From contig LVLI01000118.1 of NCBI GenBank assembly GCA_001687465.1, positions 1 through 64,000 on the forward strand: a DNA stretch of 64,000 bases, written 5' to 3'. Within the stretch, counting starts at the first letter, position 1; every line of letters starts with the position of its first letter. The notes beneath the pieces are model-generated. The model was not told where the DNA came from. It saw nothing but the letters and a program-made list of their open reading frames with translations, and ran no database searches. Positions 38,863 through 50,664 of the stretch are shown piece after piece. The DNA is from Halocafeteria seosinensis. Taxonomy: Eukaryota. Position numbers and translations under genes: made by a program.

Positions 38863-40000
38863 ATGCTTTCGCACAAAGCTCCACTGTACATGAGGGTGGC
38901 GGCACTGCGAAGCGGTATCGCTCAAACGCGCACATGGTATGGCGTGGCGAAGCGCAGTGCACCAAACATATTCAAATGCCCCATGTCCACAGCTACGGCC
39001 ACTCAACCGACAAAGCAAGGAACGGGGAAATTGTTGTTTCGGCAACTGTTTGATCGGGAGACATGCACGTATACTTACTTGCTTTGTGACGCGGAAGCTC
39101 GTGAAGCCGTGTTGATAGACCCCGTGGATACACTGGTGGACAGAGATGCCCAATTCATCAATGAATTAGGCATGAATTTGAAATACGTTAGTACGTAAAA
39201 CACATGTGGATTTGATACGCAACTATAAGTATGTCACTATCACCTCTCGTTTGCAGTGAATACGCATATGCACGCCGACCATATTACTGGCACCGGTCTA
39301 TTGAAAAAGACGTTCCCAGGAGCACAATCCGTCATTGGACGAGCAGCGAATGCTCAGGCTGATGTGCTCTTGGACCCCGGTGACACATTACAGTTCGGGT
39401 AAGTAACCTATTGGACATACGAACTCGACACTACACAGGTCTCGGTCTTCTTTTTCCCAGTGATCTTTCGCTTCATGTACGGCCTACACCCGGCCATACG
39501 GATGGCTGTCTGACCTACGTTTCCGAGGATCATAGCATGGCATTCACTGGCGACGCTTTATTTGTCCGCGGATGTGGACGAACCGACTTCCAAAACGGCG
39601 ATGCAGCTACCATGTATGAATCCGTGCACTCCCAATTATTTACTCTTCCCGATGAATGCTTAGTATATCCGTGCCATGACTACAAAGTAAGCAATGGTTG
39701 TACCCGCCCAGAATTGCGACGTTACAAACGTCAAAATGAAAAGCTCCTTCCTCTTTGCAGGGAAGAACTGTTACCACTATAGGCGAAGAGAAACAGTTCA
39801 ATCCTCGGCTAACAAAGTCGAAAGAAGATTTTATCGAGTTGATGAGCAATCTGAACCTTCCATACCCCAAATTCATAGGTAAGCATTTCCAACGAGTGTA
39901 TATGCTATATGAAACTGTATCTGCACTTAACATGTTGAGCGGCTCAGATAAGGCTCTCCCTGCAAACAAAGTCTGTGGATTTCATGGGGCTGAGGACTAA
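38863..40000 (+). CDS. ETHE1: Persulfide dioxygenase (ETHE1), probable mitochondrial presequence, multi-exon
   Basis: [85 protein letters not shown] and ALPANKVCG. Confidence 0.93.
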
Positions 40001-40666
40001 CCCGGTGCTTCACTGTCACCACTCCGTCAGTACCAAAACTCCTACGAGCCGCTTGTCTTCTCCAACAATCTGAAACACTCAGTACATCAATACGCATTGG
40101 TATCACCCGTTCTCTCCTACGTAGCTCAGCCTCTTCTTCCATTCACCCCTGTTGGCGTTGAGAAGCGTGTTCTTAATTGATGGACAACAAGTTCCATTCC
40201 TCAATGTAGCCCTTCGCGTTAACAGCCCTACAGTTCAAGTATTTCCATCATACCCTCCTTCTCTGGCATAGGAGCTAGGGGTCTAAGAAGATTTTCAGGG
40301 ACGGCGAGAGTCTGGGACGTAGACGATGAGTAACCTAGGTAAGAGTTTGCCGTAATTCTCGTTGAATGGACGTGCTCAGTGACTCCAATAAAGGAACTGC
40401 GAGCACTCGCTTTGGACACCTCCTCTGTTAGTTCCACTTGCAAAGTGCTCCTCCTTCGTCCAACCGCTTGGTCTCCTCAAAGCGCAATGGCGTTTATTGA
40501 CGAAGATTAAAAACCCATTATCTTCGTCTGATAGCCGTCCATCTATTCACTAAATGCGTTCAAGTGCATAATCTGAGATAACATTTCCTCATACTGCCGA
40601 TCCTTCTCAGTCATGGTGCGTGGCGAATAAGTAGAGCCCGAAATTCTCGTCACGATGCTGAGGAGT

Positions 40667-41191
40667 TTATGTTCTGACCAAAAGAGATTCGCTGACTCTC
40701 CGGAAACCACTTGGAACAGCGGTACCCAACGAGTGCAGATTCTGCAATTTCGGTAAACATTGCAAAGTGGCACCTGTAGCAGTTATTTGATTGCAAAACC
40801 CGATATTCAACGACGTCAAGTAACGAAAAGCCTTATCTGTGATCGTCGTCTAAGGAACAGTAGACCGGAATAAAATAACGTCAGTCATTGTCGTTTGACG
40901 GCATCAGAGCATTTGCAGAAAAGACAGCCCACACTGTGACACAACGCGGAATCTGCTATGATGGACTGCTTATACTAATTGCAATCAAGTAATTCGAGAC
41001 GTGGCGCAAGTGCTGGAACGCCGAGTCTGCGATTGTAGTCTGAAGCCAATCTACCCATACTCAATGACTCCAACTGCGCCAAATGTTGAGAAGCAACATC
41101 CATTGCAGAAGTTGGACACAAGTTCCTCATAGCCGACGCTTCAGGTCTGATAAACGTCGAAAGGGAAAATTCGAGATGGTGGCTTGATACT
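40667..41191 (-). pseudogene. LRR-family paralogue D, 3' fragment only
   Basis: QATISNFPFRRLSDL, QHLAQLESLSM, and TTITDKAFRYLTSLNIGFCNQ..LQCLPKLQNLHSLGTAVPSGFRRV, which matches the C-terminus of paralogue A (VQHLPNLDFL..VPSAFRRV). Confidence 0.7.
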
Positions 41192-42432
41192 TCGGTCACC
41201 AACTTGCAGCAGCCCCAAGGCGACGACGGTTTCGGGGAAGACGCGATCAAGTTCCTCAAGAGAATTGTCAGGGCTCCTGCTGGGGAACAAGAGAGATGCG
41301 GAAGTTCGTAGCGGAACTTTCGCATGCTAATGACGTACTATCGGGTATGCTGCACCTCAACGACGAACCCAAAGCTAAGACTCTACCAAACACGACTACA
41401 CCAGGTGGCAACCCAGGGCACGCAGGAGCTGGGGCTGTATGCTACAGGGTTGGGCCAGCTGGCACTAAACTCCAGTTAGGCCTCTCAAGCCAGTACGTTG
41501 GGCCACACAAGACTAACAACGAAGCCGAATACGAAGGCCTGCTGCTGGGACTGAAACTGGTCTTCGAAGCACTTGACGCATCCCCAAGTGAGTTACTAGC
41601 CCCGGTGGACGTCCGCATGGAATGCGACTCACAAACGATGGTGGATCACATGAATGGCGAAGCCCAGTGCCGCAAGGATAAGCTCATCCCGCTCTTCGAG
41701 AGGGCACGGACTGAATGGTTCCACCTTAAGAACCTCCCAATGGTGAGGAGCGCAGAGACTAGGTTCATACACAGGGCTGCGAACTCGGCTGCCGACCGCT
41801 TGACTAAGACCGCGTCAAACAACCCAGTGGGTAATGGTTTATCTTGCTTAGACTGGCCGCCTAGAGCTACGCACACGGTAGACGATGTCGAGAAGTTTAT
41901 CGACTTCAGGCTCCACGACAAGCGGATACTCGTCCACTGGCACAATTGTACCCAGAAGCAGCACGGACGTGGGAACCGGCTTCGTGGCTTCAGAAGGACC
42001 TGGGTAGCCGCACCCTCTTCGATCTCGAGCAGGAGATGTACTTCAATCTGGGCTATGTTGACGAAACTGAGGTGGACGGAATTCCTGGGTAGCCACCTCC
42101 TGCGTCAGGTGGTGGCTTGTCATTGGTCACAACTGTTGCGTCGGGAACAAACCTGCCTGCGCTGCTGCAACCGGTCTTGGCGTCGGCGCCGCTGTGGCAG
42201 GCTCAGGGTCTTCTCCTGCCAGACTGAGCCTTGTCGGTACCTCTGACATTGGGGGCGCAGGCATGGCTCCTCCCCCGATGCCTCCTGAGCATAACCAGTG
42301 TTGTGTTCCCTCACGGCGCATGTCAGCAAGGCTGCAGGAACAGTGGGCCCGTCGCTGCTTAACACGGGCACCGCTCCTCGTTAAGAGGATACGGTCAACT
42401 TCCCGGCCGGTGGGCTATCTGTCACATTTGTG

Positions 42433-42482
<50 letters not shown>

Positions 42483-42486
42483 TGTT
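41192..42486 (+). mobile_element. Retroelement-like fragment: archaeal-type RNase H followed directly by a frameshifted chromodomain, ending at (TG)n
   Basis: GNPGHAGAG, TNNEAEYEGLLLGL, ECDSQTMVDHMNG and RAANSAADRL (the first catalytic DG motif is not seen). Then DVEKFIDFRLHDKRILVHWHN / YPEAARTWEPASWL across a frameshift at ~41948. Confidence 0.7.
42429..42486 (+). repeat. Imperfect (TG)n microsatellite
   Basis: About 58 bp of TG repeat with two interruptions. Confidence 0.95.
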
Positions 42487-42959
42487 TCTGCTCAGCAGAA
42501 TCTGCTGGTTGGTGTGGTTCAGTGCACTCAAATTGGTTGTATCAATATTGGAGCAATTACCGGTTTCCATCTCTAGCTTCCTGCATGTACACTGATCCCA
42601 AGCACATCATTCACCATCCTCGATTAGGTTATATCCTGCCACATTGAGAAAGGATCTTGGAACCTAAGAGGAGATACCGACAGTGACTACTGCCAAGAGT
42701 GTCAGGGTTGTGAAGGTCGACTGCGCGCGTAAAAGCCAGACCATTCGGACAGAGTTAAGAGTAAATTGTTTGGATTGACCACCCTTTGTCACAAGCCCTC
42801 TACGTCTGCAAATACCCTACGTACTAGCACTTCGCTTCTATTCCTTACTTTGCGCAATAAATAGCGTTGTATTACTATTGTAGAGGAGGTATCTTCTCGG
42901 ATCCCGACTTCTAACGAGCCCAGGGCGCCAATTCTTGATTGCAACCACTGACAACGAAA

Positions 42960-44972
42960 ATGGAGGAGAATATGATACCCCAAACGCTCCAAGAGCGCCA
43001 GAAACAGATCAAGGGAGGATTATCCATCGAAGATGGGCGACGTCGAAGAGTGCAGCATTCTATAGAGCTGCGTAAAAACAAGCGCCAGGAGAGCCTGCAA
43101 AAGCGTCGGAATTTGGCGCGAACCCCACCACCTGCTCCAGAGAGCTCCGTGGGAAATCAGCAACCACAAACTCCAAATAATCCAAATGAGGCTTCCGGAG
43201 AGATGAATGGACTCCATGAAAAGGTTGCGTTGCAACACCTCCAAGCTTATGCGCAAGGTGCGTGTGTCCTAGCTCCAACGCGCGTAAACTCACTTGCAAC
43301 AAACTGGGTTGCTTTGCCAATATCCTCTATGCAGAATGTATGAGTGACGACAGAACCACAAGACTTGCTGGAGTAAATGCGATACGACGGCTCCTCTCCG
43401 TCGCTGAGGATCCGCCAGTGGATGAGGTTTTGCAAACAAATGTAGTTCCTCACTTCGTGCGCATCATGAACGACTATGATTTCCCCAAGATCCAATTTGA
43501 AGCATGCTGGGCAATAACTAATATCGGATCATCGGATCACACGCCTGTCCTCGCAGAGCATGGAGCCATTCCAGTATTGGGTAAGTGAAAATGTCGTATC
43601 CCAACAAAACGAGTATCGGCTGATGAAACTTGAGACTTCTCCTTCGCAGTGAGCTTAATGAAAAATTCCGTAGACACCAATGTCCGCGATCAAAGCATCT
43701 GGTGTTTAGGGTAAGTAAAGAACGTGATAGATCAGATGCAAATCAGAGACGGCACATATCATGAAACCATTCTTGCAGTAACGTGGCTGGGGATGGACCT
43801 CGGTTGAGAAATGAGCTCCTTCAGACACCGAATGCGGTGGAGCATTTAATGCTGAATATTAAGCATCCAGGCAGCACCGCTTTACTGCGGAATGCCACTT
43901 GGACACTTAGTAATCTCTGCAGAGGTAAACCCTCTCCCGAGAAACGCTTCACGCAGTATGTTGTATCGCACTGGTTGGTACCACACCTGATTCGTGATTC
44001 GATTATGCTCCGTTACGTGGACTACGCAGACAATTCGTTCCTGCTCTTGCTCACTTGATCACACTGGAAGATACCGAAGTGCTGACAGATGCGCTTTGGG
44101 CATTATCATACTTGACAAACAGTGAGAATGAGACCATTGAGCTTGTGGTAAACAGCAACATAACGGGCAGAGTGATTAGCCTGTTGGCTCACACTAGTTA
44201 CGATATAGTCATACCTGCTCTGCGCACAGCCGGTAACATAGTTGCCGGAACGGATGAGCAAGCAGATGCTGCTGTTCAAGCCGGTATCATTCCTAAACTA
44301 GTCCATCTCATGAACCACGATCGGAAAAATGCAATTAGAGAGGCGGTCTGGACAGCATCAAATATCGCCGCCGGTACTCGCGACCAAATTTCCGCCTTGG
44401 TATCGTACCCCGGAGCGTTGGATATGGTCATCAAACATCTGACAAGTAGCCCGTGGGAAATTAAGAAGGAGGCTGCTTGGACCGTTGCGAATATTGTTAA
44501 CAGTGGCACAGGCAACGATATCGATGTGTTAGTAGCAACCAACGTCCTGGAGCCAATGGTATCTCTAATACATAGTAGTGACGCTAGAATTACCCTGGTG
44601 CTCCTGGAGGCATTTGAGTCGATACTTCAGCAGGGTAGGAAGAACCTCGAAGCAGGGAGATCGAGTGACTTTACCGACCACTTCGAGCAGGCAGGGGGAG
44701 TTGACGCACTGGAAAGCCTGCAGGAACACGAGAACGAGCAAGTATATGCAAAAGTTGTTGAAATTTTACAAGAATTTTTCGAAGCAGAAGAGGATACCGA
44801 GGACCAAAACTTTATGCCGGGTATTACAGAGACAGGCAACGGGAACACTGCATTCGCATTCGGATCAAAACAGCCATCGGCGCCTCCCCCAAATCATGAA
44901 AGTCCAATGTTTGGATTTGGAAGCGAAGTTACCAGCCCTAGTGGAGGGTTCGATTTCTCCAACTTCACATGA
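42960..44972 (+). CDS. Importin subunit alpha (karyopherin alpha), multi-exon
   Basis: IBB domain GRRRRVQHSIELRKNKRQESLQKRR. ARM motifs QFEACWAITNI, LRNATWTLSNLCRGKP, DALWALSYLT, PALRTAGNIV and KKEAAWTVAN. Ends GGFDF. Confidence 0.95.
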
Positions 44973-45146
44973 GCTTGAGTACACGTGAGGGTCTACGCAT
45001 AGCGGCAGTAATGTATATCCCCAGTGGCCACCACGGCGACAATTGAGTGAGTTAGGGCCTATGATTTCCCCGGAGGGATCAGCTGATGGCCGTTCGCATT
45101 CCATTAATAGTTACTTCTTTAGAGTCATTCTATGTTCCTGTACCCA

Positions 45147-46463
45147 TTATCCGCCACATCTTTGCTGGGCTGCATCCGGCTGACAAACCAGCTGAGATAT
45201 GGGAGCAATGCAGGCCGCATCATTGCTCCGAGAAAAGTGTAGCACTAAGTCTGCTGTGTCTTTGCCGCGGTTGACGCGCTGGAGAATCTTCAAGTCATTT
45301 CTATTATAGTAGTCTGTTGCCTCCCTTTCCGTCAACCCACTTTCAACCTTTCTCTGTACTAATCGTTTTCTACTTTCATCTTCTGTGACGTCTAGAAAGA
45401 TAGAGTAGTCCAACTTTTCCGTCACAGCTTTCCACCTGATTCCTTCACCTGAAGAAGGAGGTTCAAATAAAGAGCCATGCAGCATATACAGTCCTTCGAA
45501 AATGACTAATAGGCTACCAGGTCCTACGACAATCTGATTTTCCACAGGGTCATGCAGTTTCCTGTCGTACTCAGGGAGCCTTAAAGTAGTCGACAGATCA
45601 GAGAGTATCTCCAGATCAGATGCTAACTTCTCAGCATTGATTGTTGGCTCGCAGCCTTTGATATCTTTCAGACAGTGCCCTTGGGACTGCTTAGATGGCG
45701 AATGGTGAGAGTACTCTGGCGGTACAGGATTGCTCCGCAAGTAAGTGTTTGTGTGATGATAGCCGTCCATTCCCACAGGGACACAAACTAAATTATTCGG
45801 AGCCTTTCCAATTATGTGTTGACATCCCAGAAGCCAGAGCTCATTGACAATCTTTGTTAGAACTTGAGCGAGAAAACTCTTTCCACTCCCGGCCCCTCCA
45901 GATATTCCGACAATTACTCGTTTCATGCCCGACGGCTCGTGGTCCACAGCAGGTTTCCCATTTTTACCGAGCAAACCCAGTAACATCCATTGAGCCAGTG
46001 GCAGATAACTGTCTTTGAAGGTATTAAAGTTGCACGCAACAGTCTGAGCCAGCCCTGATAGTTCCATATCCAGTTTTCGCCAACCATCCGTAGCACCCAT
46101 GTCTTGGCTATGTCCACTGGGTTCAATGGTTTTAGAGCCAGCATCTTCTGCGGCAGAACAAGTGGGGTGTATGGTAGAAGCTAAAGCCGTATGTCCCCCG
46201 GTATTGTGGAATAAAGTATACCCTGTCATTGGAAGTCCATCGCTTACGCCATCCACAAATACTTTCGGCGGCTGCTGTGGCTGCACATCCCTCGTGTCGG
46301 TGTCGGAGCACACAGAGAAAGTAGGCGATCCATCAGCTCCATCCGGAATTTCATCAAAAATGGACTCCCACAACTGCAGACAAGTGGATTTATCTAAATC
46401 TTGCTGGAAGAATTCAAACAGTTGCGGTCCATAGCGGGGTAGGACGTCTAGCAGGTTATCCAT
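45147..46463 (-). CDS. P-loop kinase of the pantothenate/uridine kinase-like (YFH7/YggC-type) family, apparently intronless
   Basis: VIVGISGGAGSGKS, VGMDGYH, KG.EPTIN, PEYDRKLHDPV, VIFEGLYML and LDYSIFLDV. First in-frame ATG at 46463. Confidence 0.8.
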   Translation of the reverse strand: MDNLLDVLPRYGPQLFEFFQQDLDKSTCLQLWESIFDEIPDGADGSPTFSVCSDTDTRDVQPQQPPKVFVDGVSDGLPMTGYTLFHNTGGHTALASTIHPTCSAAEDAGSKTIEPSGHSQDMGATDGWRKLDMELSGLAQTVACNFNTFKDSYLPLAQWMLLGLLGKNGKPAVDHEPSGMKRVIVGISGGAGSGKSFLAQVLTKIVNELWLLGCQHIIGKAPNNLVCVPVGMDGYHHTNTYLRSNPVPPEYSHHSPSKQSQGHCLKDIKGCEPTINAEKLASDLEILSDLSTTLRLPEYDRKLHDPVENQIVVGPGSLLVIFEGLYMLHGSLFEPPSSGEGIRWKAVTEKLDYSIFLDVTEDESRKRLVQRKVESGLTEREATDYYNRNDLKILQRVNRGKDTADLVLHFSRSNDAACIAPISQLVCQPDAAQQRCGG

Positions 46464-46744
46464 TGCCCAATGGCACCCAGTCCACTCGCTACCCGTGCAC
46501 AGACTGTATACGAGGGGGAATTTGCATGAAAAAGTGCGTATGTTCGTATCAATACGGCTGAACGTATCTTCGGAAGATGATCCAAGTTGAAGTTGGATAT
46601 CGCCGATATGATTGTTCGCTCCACACTTTGTTCCAAGTGGACCAAGTAGCGAAGAACCTGTGCTGAATGAGGTTCCACAGAGTCCATTTTGTCCTGTTAT
46701 CCTCCAAGACACGGTTGATATTGCAGCCTAGCTATTGAACTATC

Positions 46745-48109
46745 ATGTCATCGGCGATACAGCAGATGACGCGCCCTGTAAGGGCCTTATATAAGACTCT
46801 TTTACGGACAGCTCGTGTGTTTGACGCCAACCCAGCGCTCAAGTCGCTTGTGTATTTGCCTGAATTTCACGACAGAGTGCTCGGAAAGACCTCCACAGCC
46901 GCGAAAGCTGCTTCCCAGTCTTCAACTACGGAAGTCGAACAAGCAGAGGAGAAAACATACGGGAACGATGTTCGTGTTGTTGCTGAATATGCTGCCAGCT
47001 TCGTCCAGGGCAAGCCCTATTTGCCACAGGACGGGTCCCTTTACAGGCACATAAGACACGCATTTCGAGATAAAGTCATCGCCTCAAGGTATGAGCATAC
47101 AGAGCTACTGAATGCGGCGTTTACGGCGCAGTCTGCGCTTCTTAGGACGGCCAGCATTGTTCGGGCCATATCTTCACAACCACAGTTCCAAGTTCGAGAG
47201 CTCCAAGGTGTCACAGGCAATCTAGAGCATACACAGACAGTGGAGCTGGGCACTCTCATGCTTGAGCATCCGGCACTTGGTCTTCCTGGAAGAGCAGTAT
47301 CCTTGGTGTACGATATGGATCAGAGACACCCGGAGGCCGACGGGGACAGCAAATTCCAAGTACGTGGCTTCACAGTAAACAGACCATTGCCGTATCAAGC
47401 GAAAGAGGTGGTCAATATCGATTTGGATATCCTGGGAGATTTACCCATATGGCAAGGTGGATTGGACACAAGTGGACTTTACATTATGCATAGGTTTTCG
47501 GATATCAAAGATGCTATAGAGATCTGCCCCGGCGTTTGTGTAGGTGGACAATTGAATCAGCTAACAGAGAAACTTAGGTCAGGCGAAGCGGAGCCTTCGG
47601 ATTTTAAAATTTTGTTAGGATGCTCAATATGGGAGTCAGAAGGTGAGGAGTATACCCCTCCTGGGATGGATCATTACATCTACGCCAAAGGAAACGCTGT
47701 TTCACATTTCGCCCTGATGCCCCAGGTAGGCTTTGACCACCAGCCAGGTAAGTTGCAAGCAAATACACCAGCCTTCACAGACTAAATCGACATGCAAGTT
47801 TGTTATTTTTGGTTTGCAGATGACCCTGTAACAGTAGCACAACTGAAGGACCAGGAACGAGGAGGATACGAGCATGAGAAGTACCTCCACCAAAACACAA
47901 CATGGAAGGCCGCGATGCAGTTATTGGGACCCACCTTCGAGTCATTCGCAGAATTGCACCCAGTGACCTCTATGCTTCTCTTAGAGTTGCACGAGAATCC
48001 TTCTGAGTATGAAATCAATACAGATCCAGAAAAAATCGAACAGACACAACAACAAATTGAACAGGACTTGGCCAAGGAAGAACAGAGTAACACCAATGAG
48101 TCTCGCTGA
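46745..48109 (+). CDS. DUF179 (YqgE/AlgH-like) domain protein with an LYR-like N-terminal motif, 2 exons
   Basis: VRALYKTLLRTAR; GTLMLEHP..RAVSLV, GFTVNRP, PIWQGG, MHRF..A.EICPGVCVGG, FKILLGCSIW and WKAAMQLLG. Confidence 0.7.
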
Positions 48110-48338
48110 GATCTACTGTGAGGGTTTTTGGACTGGTTGAGAGGGCGCTATCTTATTGGATGGGCGCGTTCCACATATTCTACTGCTGAACGCAGAAGTT
48201 GGTGAACTCTACCCTTGTGAAGTCACTGAAGTGTCGAAGCTACACGATTGTTTAGTCACTGCATGTAGAGTAGGATTGACTGAGAATATAAACCGCTGCT
48301 TGTAAATAAATCGACACAACCAATTTATATCGATAAGA

Positions 48339-49069
48339 ATGCGACTACATACCATACTTTTGCACCCACAAGTGCCAAACAACACAGGTGCTGTGGGTCG
48401 TACGTGTGTCGGAATGAATGCCGGTCTACACATCATTAAGCCCATAGGATTCGATATATCTTCCTCAAGAGTGAAGCGCGCAGGTTTGTCGATATTTCTC
48501 AGAGTAATACAAGAGGCGATTGTGTCTGGCAACCTTGCGTATCGCTTACAGGACTGGACTATTGGCATAAAGTGGACCTTCACGTCTACGAAGACTTCAC
48601 GGATTTTGCCACCCGCAAGCTCAAAGATTTAGACCGTGTGGTATGTGCACCCTTCCTCGGTGGCATGATATCATGGGTAGGAAGGAATTCGAAACTTGTT
48701 CTTGCAGTTAGTTTTCTCAAAGCTCGAAAAATATGGAAGCATACCACTTCACAAAGCGAACGTCGGCAGCATACAGCAAGGGGAGAGAGAAATTGGTTTA
48801 TTGTTTGGGTCTGAAACAGCAGGAGTAGATGCACTTATGGATGATATTGGCGGCAAACAACTCCTTGAGAACTCGATGCGCATTTACCTCCCTCAAACCC
48901 AAGATATTCGCAGCTATAATTTAAGTAACGCAGTAAGTTTCATCTGCTATTGTACGGTGGTCCGGCCACACAGTGTATATATTAGGTGAAAAAGCAGGTA
49001 TCGGTCGCTATGTTTGAGGTTGCAAGGCAGCTGAATATTCTGGATTCACTCGAGCAGAGACAGATATGA
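48339..49069 (+). CDS. trmL: Bacterial-type TrmL (SpoU/SPOUT) tRNA wobble 2'-O-methyltransferase, 4 exons
   Basis: Spliced ILLHPQVPNNTGAVGRTC..LHIIKPIGFDI..RVKRAG/LDYWHKV..LLFGSETAG..IRSYNLSNA/VSVAMFEVARQ. Confidence 0.85.
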
Positions 49070-49079
49070 AGATTGTCAG

Positions 49080-50300
<1,221 letters not shown>

Positions 50301-50664
50301 CGTGTATGCTACAATACGATATCATTGATAGAAAACTAAACATTTATTCTGGAAGGTATTTATGTATCACTATTAACGTGTCGGGACAACCAATCCCTTG
50401 TGAGAACTATCATAACAGGCTAACCATATCGGGGCCGACGATTCAACTTCACAATGAAGCTGCGAATCGCGATACGCACAGTTGCCCTTCGCCGTTACCC
50501 AGCAAACTAATTTTCGGGTAGGCGTTTGGCAAAAAGAATGTCTGCACATATAACAGAAATAAATTATTGCCGACGTAATTAAATAAAGCCAACACGGGTA
50601 CGACATCCGTCACCGCTGCCAAGTGTGTCAGTAAGTATTACTGTACAAGGCAACTTTGTAAAGC

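Noticed and set aside
40001..40660. Minus-strand ORF fragments (39927-40142, 40228-40443, 40543-40773) suggesting a decayed gene
   Set aside because: Several stops and no recognisable family; possibly a pseudogene but unsupported.
38514..42486. (CA)n and (TG)n tracts as inverted termini of an element carrying ETHE1
   Set aside because: Similarity is limited to the simple repeat, with no flanking homology or target-site duplication.
42194..42647. ORFs with poly-(CV) tracts
   Set aside because: Translation artefact of the (TG)n microsatellite.
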